DNA of 63,461 bases, counting the filler, from Intoshia linei (Eukaryota > Animalia > Orthonectida), in the NCBI GenBank assembly GCA_001642005.1. It is 8 parts of 8 records of this genome, joined end to end, with 100 filler letters (N's around TTAATTAATTAA, not from the genome) between each part and the next. Parts side by side here need not be neighbours in the genome. Positions count along the whole stretch, not along the records: positions 37,027 to 40,154 come from LWCA01002138.1; positions 40,255 to 51,436 come from LWCA01001195.1; 6 more parts are not named here. One strand, 5' to 3'. A program made the translations under genes and the position numbers. Under the pieces are notes generated by a model, which was not told the origin of the DNA, did not search any database, and was given only the letters and a program-made list of their open reading frames with translations. Below are positions 37,027-51,436 of the stretch, in pieces. Positions within the stretch are counted from its first letter, which is position 1. Each line of letters starts with the position of its first letter.

Positions 37027-39635
37027 ACTTTTCATAATTTCAGTCCATAAATTGGACACATAACCTCGATGTTCCTGATCAAAATAACCACAGAATGTTT
37101 GCTTTGCTGCATTGAGAACTGAATCGCCAATTAAAGTTTTTAAATTATTTTTATACATGTCATTACTAGAAGACCAACGGCTTTTTTCTTCAGATAAATT
37201 GGTCAATAGCAATACACTACGATCCACTTTCGATTGCACAATTTTTAAATCCTGCTTTATTGTCTGAACGTCGGATATAAGAGAAGCATATTCCTCTTTA
37301 TATACAGTTATCGATTCTTCCAAAGTGCAAATTGTTCTGTTTGTTTCATCTATTTTACTCTTTTCTTCTTTTGCTGTATCTTCAAGCTTTTTTAATTCAT
37401 TACGAAGAGGGGCAACTTGGTTTATTATAATAGAATAATCTAATTGAGCAATAACCCATCTAACCATTGGACCACACGCGACACTGGCTCTGTTAATTTT
37501 TTCAAATTTATAATCAGGGTTGTCAATATATTTAACTATCATTTGATTTCTTATTGTAGCTGTCATTTTAGTGTAGTTAAAATTTATTATATTTGGAATG
37601 AAATTTTCATTAATTATGAACGCTCGTATGCTTCTCCAGTCTGTAACAGTTTCACCCATCATAGAACAAATTGACTCTAAAGCCAATTTTACCAATGCTG
37701 GTGGGTTCGACATTGATCGCAGTTCAACCAAATGTTGTCGTTTAATAGATTTAACTGCTTGCTTAGCTTCTATTACAGCGGGTTCAACTTGTGACAATTG
37801 TATTGCAACAGATTTTTGTTTTTCTTCTATAACTATTTGATTCTCTTCCAACTGATTATGAATAATTTCACAATTAGCTTTTTGTTTTTCAGCTTCCTTC
37901 TGGCGTTCAATCATTTGCTTCAATTTTTCATTTGCTTCACTAGTCTTTTTTTCCAAGATACGCCCTTTGTCGTTAAGAGATTTTTGCAATTTTTCAACTT
38001 GTGTATAGGTTTCTTCAATTTTTTTCACTCCATTTATTAAATGTCTCTGTTGTTCTTCAAGAGAAATTGATTTTTGGTTCATTATATTTTTAAAGTTGTG
38101 AATTAAATCCACCAAATCGCGTGGGCCAATGAATATTTTTGATATTTCAGAATTACTTTTCAATTTTTCATAAAACTCTACAATTGTTTGATAAATTACC
38201 ACCAACGTATAGACTACAGTATGTCGATGAGATAAAGGCTGTTCTAGGTCTTCAATTAATAATGATTCTCTATAAGGCCAATCGTATTCTTCCAAATCAA
38301 TATCCAATTTCTGAGTCAATTCTAGGGCTACTTGGTATGCCGATTTCAAGGACCAATTTCCAAACCAGTTTACAACGCATCTAAGTAATTAATTTAATTT
38401 AACAAAAAATTTAATATATAAACCTATTGAAGAGAGCTGGCGACGTCGTAGCTTCTTTGTGCAAATCAGTCACCGGCGGATTCATTGTAAAAACAATATG
38501 CAAATTTGACATGACCTATTAAAATATAAATTAATAAATAAATTTATAAAGTTCTACATTCCATTTCCCAAGATGTAAAATTACATAGGGATTACTGTAA
38601 ATAATTATTTGAAACTAATAAAGCAGCCCTGATACATTTTAGCACAAATTACAACTAATAATTAATATTACCTAATTTCCAATTTCACAATAACGAAATA
38701 GTATACATTTTTTATAGGAAAGTTCTCTGGTAATTTATCAAAATCACAGTAGAAAAACTCTACTGATAAAACAATTTACATATTACTTACTTCACAATTA
38801 CGTACACCTGGAATTATATATATACTATATTTGGAAATGTCCTATCGAACAGCTAGCTACTGGTTATACAAAGTATATAACAAACAAGCGAGTTTTATAT
38901 AAAAGATGTTAAATTATATCAATCTAAAAATACACTGCTGAAATGAATGTTCGCTCTTGAATACATGTAGAATAGTGGTTCCCAATTAGGGACCGTGAGA
39001 TTAAAATAAAATATAAAAAACATTTTATAAACTTTTGTTTATTTATATAGGAGAATTTTTAATATTTATTACAGACTCTGTAATACAGAGTTTCCAGATG
39101 TTGGGAATTTATCCCACAGCCTAGACGAGCTCTACATTATTATTTCAAAAATCCCACTTTTATCCCACCATTAATAAAATTTAATAAAAAATACCATTTC
39201 AAACTCTTAGCGAAAAATCGACTTTTACCGATATTTTATTGAAAAATCCAGAAAATAAAAATTCTATTATAATATGTATTTTTCAATGTTTATGTAAAAC
39301 ATCATTTTACCAAATATTATGAATTTTATCAGCAATTTTTTATATTTTCTTTGGGGTCCATAAACTATTTGATTCGACCACCACTGATATAGAACAATAT
39401 AATAGTATTTAATTAATGTTACCTTATTTGAAAACCAATGATACAAATCAGCTGAAGAATCAATGATTTCACCTTCTTGTAATGCACTTGATCGACAAGA
39501 TCTCATTAAATTTTTAAGATCGTCTCCTTCAAATAATCCGGGAATTTCGCCGTTGGCAAGTAGAGTATTAATTCTTTCCAGAAATGAGGAATCTAAAACA
39601 TTTGATTCGTCCATCATAACACAAATTTTTTCGTC
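37027..39635 (-). CDS. DYNC1H1: Cytoplasmic dynein 1 heavy chain, internal fragment (AAA4, stalk, MTBD)
   Basis: [30 protein letters not shown]; [11 protein letters not shown]...[18 protein letters not shown]; [41 protein letters not shown]; [20 protein letters not shown]. Confidence 0.95.
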
Positions 39636-40994
39636 CTAAATAATGCAGTCAATAACAAAATATTAAAATTAAAAAAAACTATGGGTCTCATTCTGTACCC
39701 CATATTATGGGGCATGCTATTAATGGATAATATTTCGAGAGTAACGGATATTCACATATAAAATAATTTAAGAGTGGCAACAAGAAGCATTGCCGTCGGT
39801 CTTATCCAAATAACAGCGAACCATCAAAGTCAAATTATTAATAACACCGTCCAAAACAGAAAAAACAAACCAAGAGAAATCATGTATTAATACATGTATA
39901 ATAGTTTATTCAATTAATAGAGATTCATATCAAATCATTTTTTTTCACTTTCAAGATCTCTACTTCAAATCATAGAGCATAAACCTTAAGTTTTAAAGAA
40001 TTTGATTTTTCTAATTTTAATCTGTCTCAGCACATATCAAATAAATACATGTTTCTACATACCTTTACTAACTAAAAATTAATGAAACTTTAATGAACAG
40101 TACTATTTCATATCGCGCATTAAAATAAACCTATTTTTAAAATTTTACTAATTANNNNNNNNNNNNNNNNNNNNNNNNNNNNNNNNNNNNNNNNNNNNTT
40201 AATTAATTAANNNNNNNNNNNNNNNNNNNNNNNNNNNNNNNNNNNNNNNNNNNNATTACAAATTAGACAATAATTGTCGTTTGCATTAATTTTTATACAA
40301 AATATGTCGGTATTCTTTCATTTTAAAATTGTAAAATAATTATGCACGTGTAAAATTTATAAGTGTAAATGTAAATGTAAAAGTAGTTGATAATTAGTTA
40401 TATTTAGGCTCAGGAAAATTAAACTCTTAGTGCAGTTTTAGATATGACTTAAATTTTACAAACCTAAAATTCAAGTTAAAATTAAAAATTAAAGTTAAAG
40501 ATAAGATTACATAATATTAAGATATTATTAAGATAAGATACAGTTAAAGATTTCGGGTAAACGGAACTGAACTTTTGTTGTGATCATTCAAATGTTGAGG
40601 TTGGACATCACTAGTCTAAGTAGTAAACAAAAAATTTTCGTGATTTTCAAGATTTTTAGTAAATATTCTCTACTATAGAATCCATACTGTTTTTGTGCAG
40701 TGTAAAATGAATAATCATAATAAATTAACATGGTAAATTATAAAAATAGATAATATAAAAATAAAAATGTAAAATAACTTGGGATAAAGTTTATAACTTA
40801 TAAATAAAGTTCATGTGTTGAAATATTTCTTGTGGTGCGCGAATAGAGAAATTACATTATAGTACACGTGTACCACCTGTTTAAATATTAACAAAAATAC
40901 ACAAAAAATATAGTTTAAACATTTGATTCTATAATCTAATCAAGGTACATTACTGTTTTCATTATATCATTACTCTAGAAAATTTGAATCAATC

Positions 40995-43900
40995 ATGACC
41001 CAAATGGAAACTTATAAATTTATCGTCATCGGAGATTCTGGTACAGGAAAAACATGTCTTTTGTGTAGATTTGCCGAAAATAAATATGAAGAACACAATA
41101 TTAGTACCGTTGGTAATTTACTATTTAACTTAAATTTTATATTTATCTAATAAATATTATCATTATTATCAGATTTACATGTTAGATGAGCAATGATTAG
41201 ATAATGTATGATCACAAATTGACTCACAATGTCACAATAAATCTCAAAATTATTTTCTTGATAAATAGTTTAAGAATATGTTTAGATAGTTTAATCTAAA
41301 CTTTAGATTTTAAAAATGACATTCATAAGTATTTTTAATAATTGTAAAGTATTTCACTGAATAATGAGAATACTGTTCACTTTGTAGTTATTTTTCTATC
41401 ACTAAATTGAAAATAAAACTTTAACCTAATTCTCAGAAAAAAATCCACCTTTTTCAACATTAAATTACTACATTTGACTAAAACTTAGAAACATAATTAA
41501 ATTTAACCAAATACTGGTAAAAATATCATTGTTATTGAATAATATAATTAAATTATGTAATAACATTTATTCGTTTAATTAATATTTTTTATCTTCATAA
41601 TATTAGTAATTTTTTGTTGTTATTAATTGTTTTTTTCTATTTACTTAACATTCAAATTTCACTTAATCTTACTAAATATTATGATGCTTTTAGTTAGATC
41701 ACAACCTACCGTACCAGAAATCCCTTTAGAGAGGATTGACGAAATTTTTGTAAAATAGCGTCGTCATTTATCCAAATTAAGCATTAAAAAATTGTATTTG
41801 ATTAGAACTTGTGTGTTAAATTTAAACTGTCATGTCCTGAAGCTGGAATATATACTGTTAGGGCTATGCGACGTTTCGCGTCGTTTGTTTTTCAGGGCCT
41901 AATTTTGATTTTTTGATGGTTTCGAACATGCTAGATTCTGCTCTAATTAAAAAAAACCAATATTCTCGCACATTTCATCTAATCTAATTTAATATTGCTT
42001 ATGAAAAATGGTTAAAGTTCTTTGTATGTTGACTTTTCATTTAACGGTTAATAGAGTAGTTAACTTGTTCCATCCTAGAACTGCTCATTTAGTGAACCAG
42101 ATAATATTATTGAAATATTTTTAATATTCTTTAATAGGTGTTGATTTTAAATTAAAAAATCTAAAAATTGATGAAACAAACGTAAAATTACAATTATGGT
42201 AATTAAACCTTGGTATGGTTCATTACGTTTAGGGATACTGCTGGCCAAGAGAGATTTGATACAATTTCTACATCATACTACAGAGGAGCTCAAGCAATCG
42301 TATTGTGTTGCTCGATAACAGACAAGCAATCGTTTAAAAGTTTAGCGAGATGGTTGATTAAAGTCAAAAATGTACAATATACTATATTAGACCAGCGGTT
42401 CCCAAATACGGGTCCGCGGACCACTACCGGTGTTTATTAAAAATATAATATTTAACTAATAACGTAGAAAAGTAATGTAGTAAAATTTTCAGTTTTTAAG
42501 TGGTCTGAGATAAAAAATGCGAACCCTGTATTAAATAATACTAATATATAGTTTTTGGTGATCCAAAAACATACCGGGGTACTGGGACCACAAAGGGATC
42601 CCATAAATTATTTTAGGGTACCAGCTCGTCTGATACTATGACTCATAAATTATAGATATTTTTTAAATTCTGAAAAAAGTTAAAAATAAAAGTTAATTTG
42701 TAATAATATAGTTAGTTACTTATGTATTTACGTCTATTTGACAGTATCTGTGATTTTAAGGTAACATATTAAAAATATGTGTGCCTATTCCGTTAGTTCA
42801 ATCATTAACGATTTTTCAGATATCTATTTTTGGTCCAGTAGAGTTTTAACACTTTTTAATTTTTAATACAATTTTTTTAATATGGTGTCATAGTGACATT
42901 ACATTTAAATTATTATTGTTTAATAAACAATGTTTATGAATTTATTTTTTATCAGTTTAGGTAAAGTGGCCAGATTTTTAACGTACTAAATACGTACTAG
43001 TTACTTAGAAACCAAAATGAAATTAAATTTACATTCAGTTAAAATTAATATTTATTTATACATTTATAAAAATCAGAAAAATTTTTGTGACTATTTTGAA
43101 ATAATTATTAATTACTATTACTAATTACTACTATTAATTAAATTTGTTTTACTTTAAAATTGAAATTGAAAAATATTGATAAAGTGTGCTTTTAATTTAA
43201 TTACAATTGAGAAAGTTTATTTCAAATAAAACGTAAATAAACATCTTTCTATACAAATTTATACACTAAAATTTTTACGTTTACATAGAAATTATCGAGT
43301 ACGTATTTAGACTAAACTAAACGTATTTTTAACTTAAAAAAATACGTACTATCAATTTTAGTTTATTTGGTGTTAAATTTAAAGCCAAAAATACTTATTA
43401 ATGATGACGAATAAAAATTTTCGTCTTAAAATTTATTCATAGTACGTATTTTTCTGCCCACTTTAGTTTAGGGGCATCAACTGTGAACAGAGCCATCTTA
43501 AGCCACTTCGTGGCCCTGGGCTAAACAAAGGACCGGAGGCCCTTTAAAGTTTTGAGCGAAGCAATAAAAAAATTTAAAGCCCTTTTTTAGAAAATTAATA
43601 AGAGAAAATCAAAGATTTCCTACTTTCTTTTTTTGAATATTCACTTAATAGAAAAGTTTTAATCTTTAATATTTTTATTTGAAACAGTTTTTGTGTCAAT
43701 ATTATATGATAAACATTGTAGAATAGATTTTAAATTGAATATTTACCAGAACTTTGATTCTTTAAATTATTTGGATTACCACACTTCAAACTTATAAACG
43801 GTTTTTTAAGATGTAAATGTGACTTATTTTTTAATAAATTGGGGGCCTCTTTTTAAGATATAAGTGTAAACTACTTTTCTTAATTTGGGGTCCTTTTTTA

Positions 43901-45876
43901 ATGAGTGGCCCTGGGCTACATCCCATATTGTTCATGACTTAAAACGGCTCTGACTGGAGTATGTTGGGAACCACTGGTTTACAATGATTTAAAGCATTTT
44001 AAAATAAAACATTAATTTTAAAATTTTAATTTCAATTGTTTTTGTACATGTTTTTCAGTGTTCACTTACCACGATAATAGGAATACTAATAAAATTTGGT
44101 ACCTTCATGTTCATATTGAACAGGATTGAGTGTATCATAATTTGGTAAAATCGATGATTATGTCGCTCTAAGACAGGGGTGCAGAACTTACGGCCGCATG
44201 CAGCCGTGGGCAATCCACGTGATCATAATGCAATATATAATTTTATTTTACTTCAAATTCAAGGGAAATATTTTTATCCAAAAGTTACATTTTTGACTTT
44301 TTCCACTTTCTCAATGTCAAATTAAATTTTGTACGACCTTTGTGGCTAAATTGGTGGAAAGGTTGTGCACCCCTGCTCTAAGATGTATCGATCCAACAAT
44401 ACATTACTCTAGAGCAGAGATTCCCAAAGTGAAGGATTGGGGGCGATTTTAAAATATATGATATAGTATATAATATAGAGTTGGGCGTTGATGAATTTTT
44501 TGGTAATATGGGGAGATTATTAACTCGAGTTTGGGATCCACTGAGATACATAGTGACACAGTAATAAATATATAATTTTCATTAATATTAAATATCGACT
44601 TTGAAACTATCTCATAATCAGTTGAATTAAAATAAATGTCGTTAATTAATAATTATTGAGTAAATTTTTAAATAAATATTATACGACATAGTCAAATTTT
44701 TTTTCAAGTGTATGTTGACAACATAGAGATAAAAAAGAGACGATAGAACAAATCAGTTTGTGAACAGCTGCTCTAGAGAATGGACGTCGTATGATGATAG
44801 GCTTGGTGGTAATTAACAGTGAAAAAGGCATTGATTCTAATTTCATATTTTAATTTTTGTTTAATGTTTGAAAATGTGAAAAAACTTAAAATGTTGACCA
44901 TTGGATCACAATTTTTATGCTAGTATTTAATATATTATAATTAGAATTCAGATGATGTTCCAGTGTTTTTAATGTTGACAAAAATTGACGTAGACGAGGA
45001 GCATCACCAATTAACTGTTGAAGATTTTGAATCAGTAATTATTTTAATTATAGGGAATAATTTTAACATTTAAAATGTAGTTTTCTAAGGAAAAAAAAAT
45101 GAAATCATACCAAGTAAGTGCCAAGGAAAATTTGAATGTATCCGAAGCCTTTGAGGATATTACAAGTATTATTATAAAGGTATTAATATTATAGTCGACT
45201 TCATAATTATGTCAACAAAAAATGTTTATTTAAACTTTTACAAAATGGCGATTAATTTCAAATAATATTTATGTGTTCTCTGCTATTATTAATAACTTGA
45301 TGTATTCATGATTTGTTTGCGATTCAGTGGTATCCTTAAAATCGGATAAAAGGACGGATCAAAACTCAATAAAAATAATTAATAAAATTAAACATTGACT
45401 TAATTTTAACCTATTTTAAATATTAAATTAAATTTTTTTATATATTCACGAATTGTGAGCGATTGTTGAATTGCATTCATTTTAGCCAAAATTTTTGGGT
45501 ATATGACAGAATATCATTTTAATATTAGTTTTAATCTTGAGAAACAATTCAATTTTCTTAAAGTTAATGTCAATGATTCTTTATTAAGCGATAATTCTCT
45601 TTTCTTACCACGTAATAGCGTTTTATTTATTTTTCTTATAGATTCTACTATTTTGAAATTAAATTTTTTTAAATGATTGTGACCTGTCAATAGTTTTACG
45701 TCTTAATTGATTGACATAATGTTGAAGCTGATTAGATTTTGATTTTAATTGAAACTTTTTTTGTTTAGTCTAGTATTAGTACCCACGATGAAAAATCAAA
45801 TACTAAAAAAGCTACTACAGTTCCCTTAAAAGATAAACTATTGGGAAACAAAAGAAATTTAAAAGGATGTTGTTAA
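40995..45876 (+). CDS. Divergent Rab GTPase A (complete, six exons, C-terminal CC)
   Basis: [20 protein letters not shown]...STVGVDF...[24 protein letters not shown]...LMLTKID...QVSAK...NLKGCC*. Confidence 0.9.
42393..44545. mobile_element. Cluster of nested and adjacent hAT MITEs in a Rab intron
   Basis: TAAAGTGGCCAGA...TCTGCCCACTTTA (~42962-43465); CAGAGCCATCTTAAG...CTTAAAACGGCTCTG (43488-43952); CAGGGGTGCAGAAC...GTTGTGCACCCCTG (44174-44375, TSD CTCTAAGA); outer CAGCGGTTCCC...GGGAACCACTG. Confidence 0.8.
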
Positions 45877-45984
45877 ATAAAACCCAAAATGTTTCAATAT
45901 AGCATTCAAATTTTATTTATTTTAATTAATTAATTTGTCAAGTTTCCAAAATAAATAATACTTTTGAATTTAAATTTAACTTTC

Positions 45985-48425
45985 ATGTATATATTTAAAT
46001 TGATAATAATTGGTAATAGTGGTGTTGGGAAAACTTGCATTTTTAAACGTTTTTCAACTAAAACTTACAGTGAGAACACGCACAGTACTGTTGGTAATTT
46101 TACATTTTTTTAGATGACTATTTTTGATTATCAGGTGTTGATTTTCAATTTAAGCAAATTTATGTTGACGAAGAAACTGTAAAGTTGGAACTATGGTAAA
46201 TTTTGATGTTTACTTAATATATTGGTTGCATCACGAGTTTTTTGGAAAAAATTTTAATTCATTATTCTTACAGTTTTCTAATACGAGTTAAATTTTAACT
46301 TAAAATTTGGTATAAGTTAAAATAGATTAAGTTTAAAACAGGATGACTCCTAATCCTTATTATTAGTGGAAAAATTTTTATTATTAACTATTTGTATCCA
46401 TTTTCTAAGAATGCAGTACACAATGGTGATATTCAGATTATCACATTTCGCTAGCCCTATTTGATACATCGAAAATGGTGTCTATTAGATCGTCATTTCA
46501 TTCGTAAACGCCTCGTGATGAGTTTGTTGCTATTGTAATAATGACTAATTGTAAACATTAAAAAAAATGTCTCAAAATCTATCCAAATTTTAGATTAATT
46601 TATTACCCAAGAAATTGAACAAATACTTAAAGTAAATTTAGGGACACAGCAGGACAAGAAAGATTTGATGGAATAACGACTCTTTATTACAGAGGCGCTA
46701 GTGCTGTATTGTTAATAGTGGCAAGTGACAATAAAAAATCGTTTGATTATTGTGAAACATGGATTAAAAAAATTGAAAAAGTTATCTTAACTTATATAAA
46801 ATGCGATGCGATTTTTGTTTGTGTGTGTGTGTCCTACTTTATTGAAATAACTAGCACTCTTAGATTTTTTTAAAGATTACATTTCAATTACAGTTTTTTT
46901 CGGGACGTATAATAACATAAATTTCAACCTTTCAATTTCACATCTTAAGGGTCAAAAACCTCTGTTGTCCCTCTTTTTAAAAATTAAACGAGTTAGAGAA
47001 TTTAAAAAAATATATACGCTGATGCGGATTTTAAAATCATAAATATTATCATAAATTTAAATTTAAAAAAATTATACCTTCATGGCCAAAACTCCAAATA
47101 CCTTTCCTGTTTTTTTGAAACTGTTTATTGTTAACATCAATCATTTTTATATTAAAATCCTTTGAAATAATGGTAAAATTCGATTAATTATTGATACACA
47201 ATTGGTATTTTTAAATATTTATTAAATTGGTTCTGAATATATATCATCACATTGAAAATGATAAAATAGGTTTTTATAATTTTATTTTGCTGGAATTAAT
47301 GCTATTTATGACAATTTTTAGGATTGGTCTGTTTTTATTTTATTTTTAATATTATACATACATTCTATCTAATAAATTAAAAAAATGGGATAATAATTGT
47401 TTTTAAAATTCTTTACGCAAATTTTAACAAAACAAATTAAGATGGAAATAATTCACTTTAAAGTAAAAAGTAATGTGATATGATGGTTTCACCTGAACAA
47501 AATTTGGGACCACTCTTTTAAAAGATTGATAATAGTGAATAGTAGGATTTTTAAGTTAGATTTTCAACGTGAATTTATTTTTTAAGTATAATAAAAATGT
47601 GCTCTCGGCAGAGCTAGGTCCTGTTTGTACGTAGTATAACATGAATTTATTTTTTTGGTATAATAAAAGAGTGATCTCGGCAGAGCTAGGTGCTGTTTGT
47701 ATGTAGTACAAAACAGCCAAGCTAGTTTACCTATAATATTTAAAAATATTTATATTTGAAATATAGTACTCTCCAGACTCGAAAATATTTTTTGTCTTTT
47801 CGAAATGTGACATTGAAACTGCAAAGCAAGAAGTAAAAATTCAACAATTGATTAAGGTTTAATTATTTTGATACTTATATATTTAGATTGTTAGGGTTCT
47901 CGACTAGTTTGCACAAATAATTATTTTGAACTTGTGGAATTTTGTAAAATTTTGACAGAAATTTCACAGTTGATGTTAATTTCTAAAATATTGCTAATAT
48001 AAAGTTAGAATGATTTTTTTTTCATATCATGTTTTTAAGGCCATTAACAATTATAACATTATGCTAATTTTCCATATGCAAGATTGTAGATTGCAAAAAA
48101 ATACAATTATTAAATGTTAAAAAATGAAAATTAAAAGTTAAGAAATTTCAAATGTTATCTTTTTATAAAGAAAAAATAAAATTTTGGTTAAATTTTAGCT
48201 GAGAATAAGGTGTAAAAATTTACATACGCGCTATTCCACAAAATCTATCATTCTGTTGGGGGTCCAAGACTTTTGACCGGCACTGTATATTTTTAATGAG
48301 TGTAATATTTATATATTTATTAGAAAGCTAATCAACATGGATGTGTTTATTTCCAAATAAGTGCGAGAACAGGATTTAATGTGGATAAAATGTTTTATGA
48401 TATTGCTTGTAGTTTAATGCAGAAG
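45985..48425 (+). CDS. Divergent Rab GTPase B (tandem paralogue; last exon not found)
   Basis: MYIFKLIIIGNSGVGKT...STVGVDF...[24 protein letters not shown]...FVFSKCD...QISART; same intron positions as Rab A. Confidence 0.85.
46785..47725 (+). mobile_element. Full-length non-autonomous Helitron
   Basis: Inserted between A and T without a TSD: GTTA|TCTTAACTTATATA...GCTGTTTGTA-TGTAG-TACAAAACAGC hairpin (47692-47717)...CTAG|T. Confidence 0.85.
48264..48287 (-). mobile_element. Isolated Tc1-like terminal inverted repeat
   Basis: Reverse complement TA|CAGTGCCGGTCAAAAGTCTTGG is a typical Tc1 end. Confidence 0.55.
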
Positions 48426-49647
48426 GTAAAGAATATATACAATATTACATAGAAGAGCTATTTTTATTATTTGGTTATTATTATCTTTTCTTATATAAAA
48501 TGGAATGTCTGTATTTTTGTTACCTCTTGCCTAACTTACCGTATCCGACACTCCCCTTCAGGGAGGTCTCAACGAAATTTTTGTATGATTAATATTATTA
48601 TTATTATTATAGCTATTTTGCATAAAAAAAATAAAAAAAAAAATGATTTTTAGAATTTAAAAAAAAACACATAATAGAGTCGTTTGCATGTAACCTATAC
48701 TAAAAGTTTCAATTTAAAGAATTGTTTTGTTACAATTACAACAAATGCCAAAAACTATAATAATTAATAACAAAAGTAATAATTAATGTTTTTGTTTGGT
48801 GCCTATTGCCGGTGGCAATCGATAAAAATTTACCGGTACATTTTTTTTTAAATTTATAAGGGTAAATTAAATTTTATAAATATTACAAATTTAATTGTAT
48901 TAATCTATGTATTCTTAAATTATTATTGCATATATTTTATGGCAATGCCTATAATATAGTCATTTTTGTTTCAAATATATATCATAAGTTAGGATTCCTA
49001 ACTTATATAAACCACTTTTTTGTGTATGTCTGTCTGTGTTTGTCGTTTACATAAATAACAATGAGTTTTAGAATTTAAAAAAAACAAATGTCAAGTCAGT
49101 TTTTTGGGGGGAGAAAGTGAAATAAATTTTAATCTCAGAAACTTATATCTTGCCGGTCAAAACCCCAATTATCAATTTTTATTTTTGAAAATCAAACCAG
49201 TCCTAGAATTTTAAAAAAAAATAAATGTTTAAGTTTTTTTAATTCTTAGATTTAATTTTTTAATGAAACAGTCCACACGCATACATTTAATTTTATATAA
49301 GTAAAGGATTCTGAGATGTCATACCTTTCATAAAGAAAATTGTAAATCTTTATAAGAATCGGGAGGCTCAGTGATATTATTAATTCTATAACTCTATAAA
49401 ATAAATAGTATAATTAGGTCGAGTTTCGATAATAAAAAGTTTCTATTTTATTTTAATTTGGCTAATTTATTAGAAAATTATAATTTTTGCTAAAAATAAT
49501 CACTGAATTAATAATTCTTTTTTGATTGGATTGTTATATTAACCCCAAATAAAATTTGACCGTTAGGTCATATTTTGAAATGGTCACGGAATTTTTGAAT
49601 AGTATACGTAGGGTAATATAAAAAAGGTTTGTGAAACACTGATCCAG

Positions 49648-51436
49648 TAGGGTGGCCAAAAAAAGCACTATTGTCTCAAATTTCTTAGGATTGCTGCTTA
49701 TATGGTTCGATTATGTATTAGATATCATAATAATTTTTTTTTGGATGTCATCTTCAGCTTTCCTAAATTTTATTAGGTTGAGAGGTATAGTAAATTTTTT
49801 TATAGTAATTTTTGATTAAACTTTTATCAATTATTCTGAATTTTGTCATATAATAGTCCATATATGATGAAATTTTTTTCAAATTGTAATCTGATCACAT
49901 GACTTGTGAAAATTGTAAACATTTCTAAGCCTAAAAAAATTTATTAATGAAGTAATTAACATTTTCATAAAGTGATGAATTTATAATAAATAAATGACTG
50001 TAAGAAAATTATTCCCGTACTAACAACTTTAATTTATTACAGAAATTCACTTCAAGCAATTTTTATTTGGCCTTGGAAGATCTTTGCGGTGATCTGCAAC
50101 AACTTGCAGTAAATATTGTTTCTGGTTTTCATCTTTTGTTAATAAGGTATTAAAATCATCAATTAGTTTGACACCACGCTCTGCACAGTCGTTTACTACT
50201 TTGAAACTTTTCGCAATATTCACAGCTTTGATATAATTATCCATTTTGTGCCATGTTTAAGCTGGATTGGTCAAAAATTCAGTAGTTTGAAGTACATCTA
50301 TCAATACTTTAGAATTTGGAGTCACTAGCATAGATATTGGAATTTTGTGAATATCACGAACAGTTTTATTAAGACGAGGAGAACACTTGGCTAAAGTTAT
50401 TTCATCAACTTGATTGTAAATAGCTGATGCTAGCAAATTCTTCTCATCATCATTCAAAGCATCACCAAATAATGGTAAACCTATTAGTTTGAGTAACACA
50501 TACCAAAGATGACGATGAATAGCAGCATTTTCTGATCAATTTTTTTATATTCATCCAATTTTCCTAATAAATTTAAATCCAAAATAGCAGCATCACATGA
50601 TGATGTTGACTGAAACCAGTATTCAACATAAATCAGTGATGTAAATAAACAAAAGCTTCTTAAACCATTTTTTGTCTTGCAATGTTAATTTAAACTGGTC
50701 CCTGAACAAACAAATTTTGAGAGCATATATCACTTTTGACATCCACCTTGCATGGTGAAAAGCGCCAGGTTTGTTAAAAAATATTGTTCTGCTTGTGTCT
50801 CCAAAAAAATCAAACATAAATTCATAAGTTCAAGATAATCATTTCTTATGATTGAATTTCTGTCAAATTTTTTCAGATAACTGATAGTATCATTTTTCAA
50901 TTGTTCTCCAGTTATTGAATTCATCACTTTCTCAATTTCATTATCAGTATTCCATATTTGAAAATTATCAACATTGATTGAACTCCAATTATTTTGAAAT
51001 TTCTTAAATAATTTATTGCTTGGTCCAGTTGTTGGTCCAAAACAAACCACTGCAACATCCCTGATAATAACTTCAGCAATATGGTGTCTACATGCAAAAT
51101 AAAGTAAAGGTCTTTCCAAAATTTGTTCAAGTAAAGTACAAGCACCAACATGTACTCCTGTGTTGGAACTTGTGGTGTCAAAACACATCTCTATAATATC
51201 ATTTGAAATTTTCCATTCATCTAGCAATTTTTTTATTCCTTCTCCCATCATTTTGCCAGTTCCTCTATCCAATTTTGGCTCACCCAATAGTTTCAATTGC
51301 ATGACCACTGACAATAACTGGTAAACGATCAACCTTTTTATGACTTGAATTGTCTATTTTCTCCAACAATTTACCATCCCAGTGAACAATTAAGGGCATT
51401 CCATGTTTAAATTTGTCTTTAATATCAATAGCTTTT
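49648..51436 (-). mobile_element. hATm/hATx-type DDE transposon, frameshifted, 3' part
   Basis: VHWDGKLL, CFDTTSSNTG..GACTLLEQ, ACRHHIAE, PGAFHHARWMSKVIYALK, VVNDCAERGVKLI; TAGGGTGGCCAAAA terminus at 49648. Subfamily name is from memory. Confidence 0.8.

Noticed and set aside
39680-40130. Possible small coiled-coil/transmembrane gene in a dynein intron
   Set aside because: Several in-frame stops and no consistent exon structure.
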